Source: Bispira polyomma (taxonomy: Eukaryota). Taken from it: 64,000 bases of DNA. The translations under genes were made by a program, and so were the position numbers. Shown here one piece after another: positions 1-12,809 of this stretch. The number at the start of each line of letters is the position of its first letter. Position 1 is the first letter of the stretch. The stretch is taken from assembly GCA_965649765.1 (NCBI GenBank), contig OZ287757.1:27342001-27406000 (forward strand), in the 5' to 3' direction. The notes beneath the pieces are model-generated. The model was not told the DNA's origin. It ran no database searches and worked only from the letters and a program-made list of their open reading frames with translations.

Positions 1-1084
1 AGAGAAAAGAGATTACCAAGGATTCAAATGGTATTTATAGCTAAAAGAAGGTTTATTTATTTGAATTTTCTAAATTCACATGAACCATTCATCCAGGCTG
101 TGTATTCACAAAGATTATTATTATTCTTAATTTTTTTTTGTCGGTCAATTTCAATGGCCACAAATACTGCTTGCAGAAAACTGATTGACAATGCAAATTC
201 CAAGACCTGCTAAGAATGTTTGAATAAACCACCCTTGGATGAGAACCGTAAACTGGGTCTATTGTTTCAATCACTGCCAACGGAACATATTGCCAACTAC
301 TGTCACTTAACTAAATATTTTTTCTGCTTCATGTTTATTAGTGGCTCTTTTGACGATGTAAGAACTTAGAACTGTATGCAATATAGTAATAATATATTAA
401 ACTAGATTTTACACCTTTCTAAATATGATTTTGACGCTAATTCTGTATGGTAACAACTCTGTACTTCTTTATTAGTTTGCCGTGAATTTTAAATATATTG
501 GGGCTTTTGAGACTGTTTTGTGTTATATTTGACATATAGAAGCACCATGATTACATCTTAGAAGTGGAGTCATATTTTTTAATATACACCACACGGGTAG
601 TTTTACTATTATACTTCACAACTGATGGACTGTATTTTTCCCAAAAATTTTTTTGGGCTATTCCGGGGCACCCGCTGTCAAAAGAAAAGAATATATAAAT
701 TGAGACTCATTATTAATTTATCATCATGAATATTTTTACAAGTCCAAGCTGACACATATTATGGTAGATATTTACCTCCGAAAAAATCTCTTTTTCTCTG
801 TAAGGTTTACACAGAGTAAGTAGTAACTAAGAAATATATTTGTAAATACTGTATTATTGTTTATAAAGTGTATTTTATTGGGTGTAAAAACATGTACGTG
901 TTAAACAACGTCCTGTAGCTCTAAGACACACACCACCGTCATACAATTCTAGATGTAAAAAATTAATATTGCATACAATTTCATCTCTTGTAGGATATTG
1001 CTTGCAAGCCTGCTGTACTAGGTTAGAATTTGGATATTTAACGTCCACTCTAGTACCTTTTAGTAGGTTATATTGGGACGGCTG

Positions 1085-1118
<34 letters not shown>

Positions 1119-4100
1119 TTTGTTATATAGCACTGTATATATGTCGCATTAATAGTGCAAAATGACATCTAATCCAAGTATATTACAAGTTCAGATCATG
1201 AGTACTACAAAGTACATTCTAGTCCCCGAGAAATTGATTTATCATATTGTAAACAACATACACAAGTATATCACGAGAGATAACACCCCCATACAAATCT
1301 TGAAAATTTGAGGACTTTTTGTTCTGCAATTCCTGGTAAGAAGCCACAACAGTCAGCTGAGGATTCCAATTTAATTGGTGTTTAACATGACCTTTTTACA
1401 TTTATGTGATATATGAAGACAGGCAGTTTACAGAAAACAAGCACAGATTGGCTGCCCAAGAAATCTGGGCTGGTATTCATAAAAAGTCTCAAACTCAAAC
1501 TCAATCTCAAACTTAAATATAATCCTAATATATAGGTTATAAAACCTATATTTGAGCTTCTACTCAAACTCAAATTAAATACCTATTCTTAAAGAAGCCT
1601 ATGCTCAAACTCAAACTTAAACTCACTTATAATCCCTAAAAATAGGGATTATATTTAAGTCTGCAAAGTAGGTGAACTTAAATATTTAAGTTTTGTCAAG
1701 ATGGCTTCCCTTATGACAGAAGATATTGTGTATGAGAGGGCATTTCGTAGGGAAAGGGTGTTTAGGGACAGATTGAATCCACTGGATACTTTAACTGACG
1801 AAGAACTTTACCGTAGTTACATTTCACAAGACAGGGTATATATTTTCTTGTTGATTTTTTAAATGAACACTTCTGCAGGGGGACTAATAGGAACCACTCA
1901 GTGTCAGACTCTCTAGTTTTACTAACAGGACTGAATTTTTATTCAAATGGCTGTTTCCAAAGGGTAACAGCAGATTGCAGGGATTTGAACGTGTCGCAGG
2001 CCATTGTTAGCCGCTGTGTTAATTCTGTCACCGATGGCTTAGTCCAACACAGACAATCATCAAATTTCCCACAGAACAGGGGAAAATACGACATGAACAG
2101 CAACAGTTTTTTAATATGAAGGGCATTCCTAGCATTGTTGGCCTAGTGGATGGTACCCATGTCAAGATACAGAGGCCAACACAGAATGGGGACCATTACG
2201 TGAACAGACATGGGTACCATTCTGTCAATGTACAAGTCGTTTGTGAGTCGTCGAAATTTAACATCACTAATTTAGTTGCTAAATGGCCCGGGTGTGTACA
2301 TGATTCCGTAATTCTGAGGGAATCAGAATTGTCTTGGTCATTTGTTGATTATCTTAACTTGATAGACTATTTACCGGTGTTTTAAACTTCATCAATTTCA
2401 CATAACTAGGTCATTTTAAGTATTCTTATAATACATATGGATGTACTGTTATATCCAGTAAATTTCCATGTGAATTCCATAGAAAAGTTATGTTGTGTAC
2501 TGAATTTGTTTTGTACAGTACATCAACATAAATTTATGAAGGAATATTTTGTTAGGCTGATTCTGTATGTTTTATAACAACAGACCACTTCATGAAACAA
2601 GGTATTTCATTGGGTAAAAGTTATCTCAGTCTCAAACTCAAACTCATTCTTATACTTATGTAGGAATGAGTTTGAGAATACCAATTTAAGCATATACTTA
2701 CGTAGGACAATATCTGAGTTTGAGATTATATTTAAGATTGAGTTTGAGTTTAGGATTTTTTATGAATACCAGCCCAGTTATTCACTGACAACAACCCACG
2801 ACTACAGAGGGGGAATTGAGTTGTATACATCACTTTCAACTGCTTCATATTATGATGACCAGTTTTCATTGTGGAAGAAACCATTGACACCAGTATACGG
2901 CAAGTACTTGACAAACTTTCCCACATGAAGGATCAAATAACATTAAGTCCACATTGGTGGTGTATAATACATATACATAATGACTTGAATGACCAATCCA
3001 AATGGCAATTCTCTTGTTATTGGAGCTTTTATCGAGTGGCTACCTAAGGAACCTTAGGGACATTGATAGAAGGTCGGCCACAAGCCTATTACTGCAGCCT
3101 TCATTGTAAACCACATACACACCAAAATGAAGCCTTAATCCTTAATAAATAACTAATTCAAACATTTAATGTCAAAATATTTATTGGCCCAGTCAGTAAC
3201 ATAATTGCTTATGAACACAAAGGGACCTAGGTTTGATCCCGGAAGACACATATGCAGATACATAATGGCTCAGATGACCAATCAAAATGTAAGTTCTCTG
3301 TCATTGGGTCTTTTATCCAGTGTCCGGTAAAGAACCTTAGGAATATTGACAGAAGGTTATTTTCAAGCCTCTGCCTTCAGTTACAGGAATGGCAGTGACT
3401 GGTGCTGATTGACTGTATTTGGACAGTCATGAAAATGTACATTAGCGCCATGAGTATGAATATGAATACAAATTAGGGTGTAATCTATGTTGACTAATAA
3501 GTGATTTTGACAAACTGAGCTTCCTCTAACAATTGATTTGATGAATAGGATATGGGCAATACCAAACGTTTTGTACCCAACTTTACAAAATGTATCCAGC
3601 ACCTTTCGTCAATTGAAAAGGAAGGTGATTGTCCATACATTGACAGTCTAGAGGGAGATAAAAAATACCCTTTAAAAACATTGTGGTTTGTGAGTTACAG
3701 AAGTCCTGGTTGTAATGGGTATGCCATTTGTTTCGCAAGGAATCTTTTAAAAAATTCTGCCAGGCTGATCAGCCAATACAAATCTTTGTACAATTGCTCC
3801 ATTTTTTCTATATGAATACAAAAAGTACTTGCGCCACAATAAATGGATTAAAAAATATCAGCAAAAGATTTATATGCCCAAAGATATCTTTGCTTTTATA
3901 TTATCACCAAAGCAATTTCAGTAATCAAACTTATTGATCACTATTGTGCAAATTATAGGTGACCCATGCAGGAATATAAGGAATGCAAAAGTCACAAGCA
4001 GAACACCAATAGGCAAGTATAATAATAGTTATCAACACAATATTTTAACACACATCTTAATATTTTATAAGAACTATGGGTCTGTGGGGCAGGTATTGCT

Positions 4101-7100
4101 TGCCTATCAATAGAGAGATAACACCCCTTATAAATATTGAAAGAATTTAGACCAATTACTATTCTGCAATTCTATAATACAGTTAAATGTTGATCGAAAA
4201 ATATCAGAGCAGGATTTTTATTTAGTTAGGATTTTTAGAATTACTTTTAAAACTTGTGTGTTATGATGATGGATAGTTTACAGGTCAAGCTGGTCAACAT
4301 ATCTTTACTCTAAACAACTGGCCTTCAACAAATCCACTACCAACTTTCCACATACAACCTGAGTCCGATATTTGAACCCACAACTACAGATTTGGGCCTT
4401 AGTTAGGTTGTACCTCGCTTTTAACAGTGATTGGCCAGATTTAATGGTGGAAGAAACTTGGTCGAAGCACTGTAAACCATCTATGTAGGGAAGTACCTGA
4501 CAAATTCAAACCTATAGTGGTCATGGACCAGTGATTGTTAAGCAAGTGCATCTAACCAATATGCCATTGAGTCCCCCACACCACTTAATAAGTTTGTAGT
4601 ATCATCACAGCTCAATTTAGAATTCACTTAAATTTTTGGTCTCTTTTGGTTTGATCTGTTTACTTATTCTGGATAAGTAGATTGTCAAAGAAAGTCCTGT
4701 TGTAACATTAAATGAATAAAATATTCGTCGTTATCCATGTAATTTTCAAGGTTCTATTCACTTAAGATTAAGTGGTTCTAATCCTGATTGGCAAATATTT
4801 GCAATTTTGCCTTAGTGGTACCAATTTTTTTTTGTTTCCAGATGTGTTTTTTAAATGGCGGAAATTCTTCAAAAAAATTGCAATTTAAATTGACATTTTT
4901 AAGTAATTGAGCACACATAATTACATAAAATGCTAAAAAATACAGCAGTAAACATCAATATGATAGAATTATACAGATTTTATGGAGACAAGTTACAACA
5001 CAGAAGCTCTTGTATCTGACACCCAGCTAAAGTAAGGGAAAACACAAATGTAAATATCGTTTAATCTGCTAGGTGATTAGGTGCCGCAGGTGTCGGGCTT
5101 TCACCCCAGAGTGTCACATTAAGCTAAACACCAAAGCTACTATTTTGAGGCATAAGGCAATATCAGGTTAATATACAAATTTACATAAATGTACAGATTC
5201 CAACCCGTGTTTCTATCACAATTGAACATTTCATAAAGAAACATCATAAGCCTCGGGCCCATGGGAGAAAGGTTATACTTGACATGATTATCCAATTTAT
5301 TTTGCTGTGAATGGTATTCACTTAACTATTTCTAGTCAGTTACTATGCATATTAACCAGGGCTAGTCTCGTTTACACCTATTATACATGCTAGTCATGGG
5401 TATATTTTGAAATTCTTACCAAGGTTTAAATTTCAAACTATTTTATAATTTGCCTTTATATATATTACTAATATGTACAGAATAAATTCTGCAAACAAAT
5501 CTTTTACTGTCTTCTCAAGGTCACAAACCTGTAGCCTAGCATAACTTTTATATATTTAACTTGTTACTGTAACACATCACTAATATTAAAGATAACTGTA
5601 TCAGTTTAGTGCACACACAGTACATACCACCGAATGTTAATTGCATAATTAATCAGGTATCATAGTAATATTCTTTTCTATTTTTCTTTGTATGTTTAAA
5701 TGTTTTCATTTTTAAAATGGCCTTATCTTTAAGTCTTTAAAAATAAAATGCACACTTCAAAACAAATGTAAAATAATATGCAACTTCATTAACCGTAACA
5801 GTAAAAATGAACCAAATCAATTGTTGTCATATTCTCTTATATAGCACAAGCCTCGTTTTACCAAAGTATGGACAGCAGCTCAACAGAAGACTCTGTTTTA
5901 CCATCAATGTCGAGAGGAAGCAGACATTCCGTGCAAATCAGAAGTATGTCATTTTCTGGTGAAGGTTGCAAAGGATTCATTTCCCATTTTTTTGATAAAA
6001 ATATAAGAATTAAAATTCACATTTACAAGTAGTGTAAAGCAAAATTAGCACACATAATTGCATAAATGCTGTAAAATACAGCAGTGTGCATAAATATGCA
6101 AGAATGTTACTGATTATTTAGCACAAAGTCCCCAAAGCCAGAGTTAAGATTTTGAGCTTAGAGACAGGTGTTATATTGATACTGCCAAAGTAAACATTTA
6201 AACAAATTAACAGTAATGTTCAGTTATGGTTAATTTGTGTTTGTCGGAGAACTGAAAAACTTATATATTTCACATTTTGTTATTATCATGTTCAAGTGAA
6301 AATAATTTGATGTGGATTATATAAAAACTAGTAATTCTACTTTTTAATGTCAAAATAGTCTATATTATTGTCTATTATTTTTACTATCTAACCTATACTT
6401 TTATCTAGAATTGTATGTAAATTTAATCTAAATAGTTTGATACTTCCTGTTTTGCATAGAACCTGACAAAACTACCTTTTCAATGCCAGAGAAGACAAAT
6501 GAAGAACTCATTGCAATGCAGGATATTGACATCACAGGCGGAGGTATTTATTCAGTTCCAAAGTTCAATGTAATGCTGTCTGTTCCTCCATTGGAAGAAA
6601 CAACTCAAATACAACTTGCTAGCGAGGCTTGGAAAAACAATTCTCAGAATCCAATGACTAATGTCTATATATTACGTCCACATGGAACAATTTTCTCTGA
6701 CTACATATTGGTTTGTATTCCACTTGGCACTGAGTTGATGGAATCAGGAAATATTGAATTAATCTATAGTTGCACAGATATTGATGAAGAACCAGAATGG
6801 ATGAATCTGCAGCCTAATAATCTTGATGCTACACACAGGGATGAGATCTTCTGGATTCTTAACAAAGATCAAGTTTTTGTATTTACCAAACATTTCTGTC
6901 ATGTGTTTTTAACAAACTGCAGTGGGCTACTCAAGCAACCTGCTCTGTACCTAACAGCGTCAGTTTTTTACCAGTACCTACATCACATATCTCAAATAAA
7001 ATTCTCTGTTGGATTTCACTGTGGTAAATGCTATCCAGAACTGCTAGAATCTTCTGTAAGTAGATGATGCATTTCACTAATGACTAACTGGGGTTATTAA

Positions 7101-10100
7101 ATCACTATTGCTTCAATATGTATAAATGATAATAACTATAGTATTGATAAGTATCAATAATAGTTTCACACTGATTTAATTCTGGCCGATTGTCTGGAAC
7201 TTGTATCACTTGATTTAGGTAAAAATTAAATGTGAATGATTCTTCTTTGCATTGACGCTTTTATTTAATTTTTAAAATTTTTATTGTATTGAAACATTTA
7301 AACTGTAGCCAAAAGTAGAAATTTGTGTACAATATAAAAGTTCAGAGCTCGCAAATCTGATACACGACGAACATTGAGAACTAATCATATTTACAAAAGT
7401 TAAAAAAATGGTTTATATTTTCAGTAATGCCTGTGCTTCAATTAAAATGAATAAATTCAGCTCAACCCATGTGTTCCAATGTATTTGAATTCTTAAAACT
7501 TCAGCAAAATCAATTGTATGGTTATTTTTTTACAGACCAGTAGAGGTGCTCTGATGGACTACTGTTGTAAATGTATCTATGGAAAGGAAACTGCAGTAGT
7601 GATAAATGTGGATATGACTAATAAAGGCTGGAACAGTTTATCTTCTGAAGCGGTAATTGTTATCAATACTATAATTATTATGGTTATATCACTTTACAGT
7701 CGATTAAAAAATCATTATGTCAGAGCAGTTAAATTATAATAAAAAATTCTATTTCAAGATTACAAGGTTTTCGTCACTATGTTCATGTTCAAAACATCTT
7801 AAACAATACATTGAAAACATTAAGACCGAAAAATTTTAGACCAGATTTGGGTACATTCACTATATACTAATAGACAATTATCAAATATGTACATGTAGTG
7901 GTTCGGAAGACCACTTTAAATGGTGATTCTCTGTCATTGCTTCCTATCCCCAGTGGCAGGCTAAATAAGTTAAGGGACGCTGATACACAGTCATCCTCAA
8001 GCCTCCTTATTCAGTTAGAGTTACAGGTACTGGTTGTAAATGTCAGTCAAAAAAGGTTAATTACCAAATTATTTTGACCATGTCATAAAATAAGCCCATT
8101 GCCATATGTATTACTTTCAATAAGTTTTAATCTTATAACCAAGTCAGTGGAATTTGTATGTATAGCTCAGGGGCCGAATTTACTAAAGATCCAACAGTTT
8201 GAAGGAGTGTAGTTTTCAATGTATAACTGCTTAGTTTTGATGATATCAAAATGACACGAAAAGTTGTATTAGCATGAAAGCTAGACTAGTGACTATAACT
8301 TTCTTTATATCATATTATTCTATAGACTGCTTCAAAGCCAATGATATTATTTAGAAAAAATATTTCCTTGGTTAACGCTGACACCATCACCATTAAACAG
8401 ATTTAAATTCCGGCATTTGTTACACCTGGAACCTATGTCTACCAAGAACAAGTAGGGTTCTGCTAATTCAGTTCAATAGTTCACTCATATTTCAACCCAT
8501 AGGGAATGAACACAACACTAGAATCACTTGTCATGAAATGTTTTGAAGATTATTATAATAACGACTATGCATTTGAGTTCGGCTGGGTCCACGGTTCACA
8601 GGCCATTTCAAGGCGTTTCTGATGTCATAGCCTATGAAATAGACCGATTGGTAGATTCAATATTCTGTTATATTGATGACTACATTGGAATATATCCAGT
8701 CGACGAGGACAATTTATCTATCGTTATACTTAAGGAATATATGGCTGTTCTCAGCCAGATATTATATTTCTCTTAAAGTGCAACATTTTAGGGGTGCAAA
8801 GAATGTTATAGCAGATTACCTTTCAAGAATCTACTCTGACCATTCCACTACTTTGGAACATCATAACATGCTTTATAATAGGTTTACCTAGAGACACATT
8901 ACACTGCATTACTTTAATATCAACCTCACTGTATAGTTGAAGGTGCATCCACTGTCACTCAACAGCTCATGAATTCAGCTTTGGAAAGACTTAACACTGC
9001 TCTGCGAGCTAAAACTACATCAGCATACATCAATCAGTTTAAGAAATTTATAACATTCAATTGCTTTGCTGGTATTCAGGTTACACAGAGATCTCATCTC
9101 ATAAGCATGTGACATTCTTTCTGACACTATTATTCTATTATTCTCTTTGTACAGTATCTTTGCATTTCCAATATTGCACCCTATTCTAGGGCCACATTTG
9201 ATTCCTCACGTCACTTTCTGAAAAAAACATTATATTCGGCCCAACAGGGGCACATGTCATTTCAAAATGGGCAAAAAATCTTTAAGACGGATCTCAATCT
9301 CACATAACTCCAATCTCTGCTTTACAGAATAAGATACTTTGCCTGTTCAGGACTATACAAAAACTTCTTGTCTCTAGGCCCCTTCATGAATCTCCACCAC
9401 AATTTGCACACTTTCATACTCCCAATCATACAGTTATAGATACTCATGTTCGATCTGCTTTCTCCTCGGTGTTAACTCATAGGGATTCCACATAAATCTT
9501 AGACTTCTCCTACCTTTAAACAATAATGTATCCCTACAAAAAATTATGTCACATGGACTGTGGAGATCCTCAACAGTCTGGACTTATCTCCAGAAAACAC
9601 CAAAAGCAGCTTCCAGTCAATTTTGCCTCCTACATCCATTCTCAACTTTAGTTTTGGGTTTTGGATGTTTTAAAATTCTATACATTTTAAATATTTAACT
9701 TTTTAATATTAAACCTGTATCATAGATTTGTAACATGTACAAAATAAAATCCTCAAAACTTAGTTATACTCTCATGTCATTTACCTCTTCACATACACAT
9801 GATCTTTACCTTCACCTCATACATTCACACTAGTGAACATGTAGGGTTCTGATAATTCAGTTCAATAGTTCACTCATATCTTAACCCTAGGGAATAAACA
9901 CAACACTATAATTCACTTACCATTTAATAACTAATCACATCATTTGCCCTCTGTTCTAGCACCATATACAATATGGGGTCAATTATATTGAAATCACACT
10001 CTGATAAAGCAACACAAAGGAAAATTGCCCACCTCTTCCGCATTATCCAATCTTATTAACGAATTGCTGAATAATTTATGAATTTGACATAAGGGATCAT

Positions 10101-12652
10101 GTCAATCAATCTGACTGGCCTGACTTTATTTTCCTCGCTTACAATAGGAGATTGTTAGTATAGCAGACTCCATTGTTTATAAATTATATTTGAGGTCGTT
10201 ATTGAATAACAGAAGTGGTCTGTGGTGTGTGTTTTAGTGACTTCAGCTATCTGTAACCTATTACCCGAAAAATTTCCTTCAGTTCCAGGTGATAGTATTA
10301 TCTTGTGCTCGAAAAGGTTAAGTATTAAGAGCCTCTTTAATAGCAGTGAATATCTCTTGGTATTGGCATGTGAGTAGTGAAACAATTCAAATAACAAAAA
10401 CTGTTTATTGGATACAACATCGTTTGCTACAATGAAGACCTCAAAAGTTATCTATTTGGCTCTTTTTAAGTAATCTCTAATTTGTGATATGTTCAGTCTT
10501 AGCAATGGCTTCTATAAATGATATGCACATTTGACCATATATATAAGTGGATCCATTGTTTAAGTCCGTTTCTTCTCATTAAGTGACCACAGCCATTTAA
10601 AATGTTTGAATGGATTAAAGTGTGAAGCTTTGGATGGGCAATCCTGAAGAAAATATATAAGTCTTGTGATGAGATAAGCAATGGTCTGGTTAGATATCAT
10701 GCATCTTTATGTCCTGTTGATTCATCATGCAAACGAGGTATAATCTTGAAAGTTTACAACTGTCATACTTTGTGTACTCCTACGTAGACAGTCCCTTATG
10801 TTTTACTTTTAATTGGTAGATAGTCATAGATAGATATCGGTACATCTCAGTTGTGGGTTCAAAAGAAGTCAAGGGTACTTGCTTTTCTCAGGACTATTTG
10901 TAGTAATTTGGTGGTGTATACCATATTTTATACTTTTTTCGTTTAACAGATATTTACTCAGAGCACATATGAAGATTATTTCCAACCTATATTTTCACAT
11001 AATCCGAACCTAAAGGCCAAAGTAAAGCGAACATGCTGATATGCTAACAAAAGCTGCCCAGATAACATGTCAGAATATCAGTGATACAATTTCTGAACTG
11101 ATCTCATTTCTGTTTTAAGTAGAATTGTATAATACTGTGTATCCAGATTTTGATGATGTTACAACTATATTTAGATGGAAAAAATAACCAAAGTTAGTCA
11201 ATACCTACTGTAATCAACGGGGGCTCTCCAGTCAGTAATGGCTGTATTTATGAGTTATGGTTTTCTTAATTGATAATTACAACTGCACATTTATACATTT
11301 ATACATGGCTCATTCAGCAACTTTACTTATGCTTGTATTGTAGAGGGTTGACGCTACTGACTTGCTGAATTTGTGCCAAATAAACCAGATTTACCCTCCT
11401 ACCATGTTCACATTCAGTTGGCTGGGCAGTGGCGATGTCACTAAAGGTGAATTATCTAATACTGTCATAACCTTCAGACAAGGGCACAGAAATTCCAGAA
11501 TAGAAGGTTCACTGCAGGTATGGTACATCCTCTTTTTATCCCAAAAATACAATTTTATTAACTATTTTAACTCTAAATGTAGACTTTTCCATTGTTTTAT
11601 GTCAAATTGCATCTTCTGTAATATGAACATTCTATTATGTGACGTACAAAGTTCCAAGATATTTGATAGTATCCATATATGTACTAGATTGCATTGTCTG
11701 TGTTTCACAGATGAACAACTGTGTTCAAAGAAAAAAAGCACAGATATATGCAAGACATGCCACAGAACATCCATACCCTGTTGAACATGTTGACCTACGA
11801 GCATCTGAAAGCACACAGGCGAGTATACATGTACCAACTGAATTTCATACAACACCGATTCAAGATATAACTTGTACACTAACACAACCTGAAATACCAA
11901 GCATCACCAAAACTTCAGTGAAGCAGCCAGGATTACATTCTGCTGCAGTTAGTAGTGAACCTTATCTCGATATAAGCATCAGTCAAGCAAGAGTATCTCC
12001 AACTGGTGCGGAAGAAAGTGAAGATGAAACAGAGTTAAAATGTGTAACAAACAGCATTCCAACTCATGCTACTGAACTATGTGAAGGTGAGACACATTTA
12101 AAAAGTATAGCAGAATCAAGGGTCAGTCCAACAAGAGGATCCCTGGACAGTGAAACATATTTAGAAAGTGCAACAGACAAACCTCCTACTAGTGCTGATG
12201 AAAATGCTAATGTAACTTCTTTGGAAAGTGTGATAGAAACCCCTCATGCAACACAGCAAGTGTTAGGCGGGGCCAGACCCAAAACTGCTACATGTTCTGA
12301 GGGGACTACTGTCTCTGTTGAAAAGCTGGATGTTGATGCTATTTTTAGTGTGTCACTCAAGGAGGAAGAGAAATATCTTTGTGAATTACTCAATAAAAAC
12401 ATAAGATGTTTAATAACTATTTTAGTTGATCAAGGTTTTGATGGTAGCCACTTGTCACAGAAAAATACTAATGGTATCATTTTCTTAAGGATTTGGAAGA
12501 TGCTGGTCGTGCAAAAACAAACAACCTGGCCTAAATTACATGCCTGTTTACTGCAAGCAGGCATGAAAAAAGCTGCACAAACATTAAAAAATGTCTACCA
12601 GAAAAATCTCAAGATAAAGTTATCAGAGGTGAACGAAAAGTATGCAAATTAA
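1..12652 (+). CDS. Gene A: UNC5CL/ZUD-like ZU5-UPA-death-domain protein, 5'-partial, spliced (exons 1-30, 994-1021, 5845-5943, 6460-7055, 7536-7652, 10950-11021, 11344-11517, 11711-12652; 685 aa in window)
   Basis: All internal exons are AG/GT bounded and join in one open frame (intron phases 0,1,1,0,0,0,0). ZU5 motifs ITGGGIYSVPKFNVMLSVPP, RPHGTIFSDYILVCIP and TKHFC; C-terminal death-fold-like segment ending FLRIWK..TTWPKLHACLLQAGMKKAAQTL. The small exons are less certain than the large ones. Confidence 0.8.
994..1021 (+). CDS. Gene A 28-nt micro-exon (DIACKPAVL)
   Basis: ctcttgtag acceptor, gttaga donor. Same length, phase and upstream intron as the gene C exon at 62945-62972. Confidence 0.6.
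1027..1082 (-). mobile_element. 3' fragment of tRNA-derived SINE
   Basis: aatttggatatttaacgtccactctagtacc...aggttatattggga matches the 3' end of the SINE copies at 42292-42487 and 50301-50562. Confidence 0.7.
1088..1116. repeat. (TA)n microsatellite
   Basis: Direct inspection. Confidence 0.95.
1465..2777 (+). mobile_element. Internally deleted PIF/Harbinger DNA transposon in a gene A intron
   Basis: TIRs ctgggctggtattcataaaaa / tttttatgaataccagcccag with subterminal aaactc/gagttt arrays; encloses a transposase fragment. Confidence 0.88.
1701..2330 (+). pseudogene. HARBI1-like Harbinger transposase, frameshifted and truncated
   Basis: MASL..RRERVFRDRLNPLD..DEEL N-terminus from 1701; GIPSIVGLVDGTHVKI..YVNRHGYHSVNVQVVC..AKWPGCVHDS..LRES (DDE_Tnp_4-type motifs) in ORF 2116-2385. 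Confidence 0.88.
3185..3380 (+). mobile_element. Old tRNA-derived SINE copy; paralogous copy at ~63270-63460
   Basis: A-box-like tggccccagtcagtaa and B-box-like ggtttgatccc; collinear with 63270-63460. Confidence 0.5.
5845..5943 (+). CDS. Gene A exon (AQASFYQSMDSSSTEDSVLPSMSRGSRHSVQIR)
   Basis: 99-nt phase 1-1 exon, ttatatag/gtatgt, open in the frame required by the ZU5 exon. Confidence 0.7.
6460..7055 (+). CDS. Gene A ZU5-domain exon
   Basis: Overlaps ORF 6483-7067. ZU5 signature GG..V.L.VP, PHG..F...I.V.IP and HFC; tttgcatag acceptor, gtaagt donor. Confidence 0.88.
7536..7652 (+). CDS. Gene A exon (putative UPA region)
   Basis: ttttttacag/gtaatt, 117 nt, phase 0-0, within ORF 7518-7739. 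Confidence 0.75.
8452..9920 (+). mobile_element. Deleted Ngaro-type YR retrotransposon in a gene A intron
   Basis: Direct repeats gtagggttctg.taattcagttcaatagttcactcatat at 8452-8530 and 9841-9920; RT YIDDY, RNase H QHFRGAKNVIADYLSR, YR remnants (SNIAP, HGLWRSSTVWTYL). Confidence 0.85.
10950..11021 (+). CDS. Gene A exon (IFTQSTYEDYFQPIFSHNPNLKAK)
   Basis: Pyrimidine tract plus aacag acceptor, gtaaag donor, 72 nt, phase 0-0, open. Confidence 0.65.
11344..11517 (+). CDS. Gene A exon (putative UPA C-terminal part)
   Basis: ttgtag/gtatgg, 174 nt, phase 0-0, in frame with ORF 11362-11784. An alternative in-frame acceptor exists at 11388. Confidence 0.7.
11711..12652 (+). CDS. Gene A terminal exon: S/T/E-rich linker plus C-terminal death domain
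   Basis: tgtttcacag acceptor, ORF 11639-12652. The last ~95 aa have a death-domain pattern (W...TW.KL..CL...G....A..L). Confidence 0.85.
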   Translation: MNNCVQRKKAQIYARHATEHPYPVEHVDLRASESTQASIHVPTEFHTTPIQDITCTLTQPEIPSITKTSVKQPGLHSAAVSSEPYLDISISQARVSPTGAEESEDETELKCVTNSIPTHATELCEGETHLKSIAESRVSPTRGSLDSETYLESATDKPPTSADENANVTSLESVIETPHATQQVLGGARPKTATCSEGTTVSVEKLDVDAIFSVSLKEEEKYLCELLNKNIRCLITILVDQGFDGSHLSQKNTNGIIFLRIWKMLVVQKQTTWPKLHACLLQAGMKKAAQTLKNVYQKNLKIKLSEVNEKYAN

Positions 12653-12809
12653 GCATGAAGAATATTACTTGATTTGTTTGCAACTGATAATACTTGCCTA
12701 CTAGCCAGCTATTTAATGAGGTTCTTGTTTATTGGGAAATTCTATTATTAATACTAATTGTAAGTGCAGTTCCCTATGGGAGGTGGAAGTTATTATCAGT
12801 TCATTATAG

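Noticed and set aside
4842-4901. Strong acceptor (tttgtttccag) suggesting a gene A exon
   Set aside because: The frame required by the neighbouring exons hits TAA, and the sequence resembles duplicated intron 5950-6120.
11562-11900. 112-aa - strand ORF
   Set aside because: Antisense shadow of gene A's last intron and exon; no motif.
6460-12652. True netrin receptor UNC5 or PIDD/ankyrin orthologue
   Set aside because: No Ig/TSP, LRR or ankyrin exons seen; single ZU5; paralogs start with a very short ectodomain. No gene symbol assigned.
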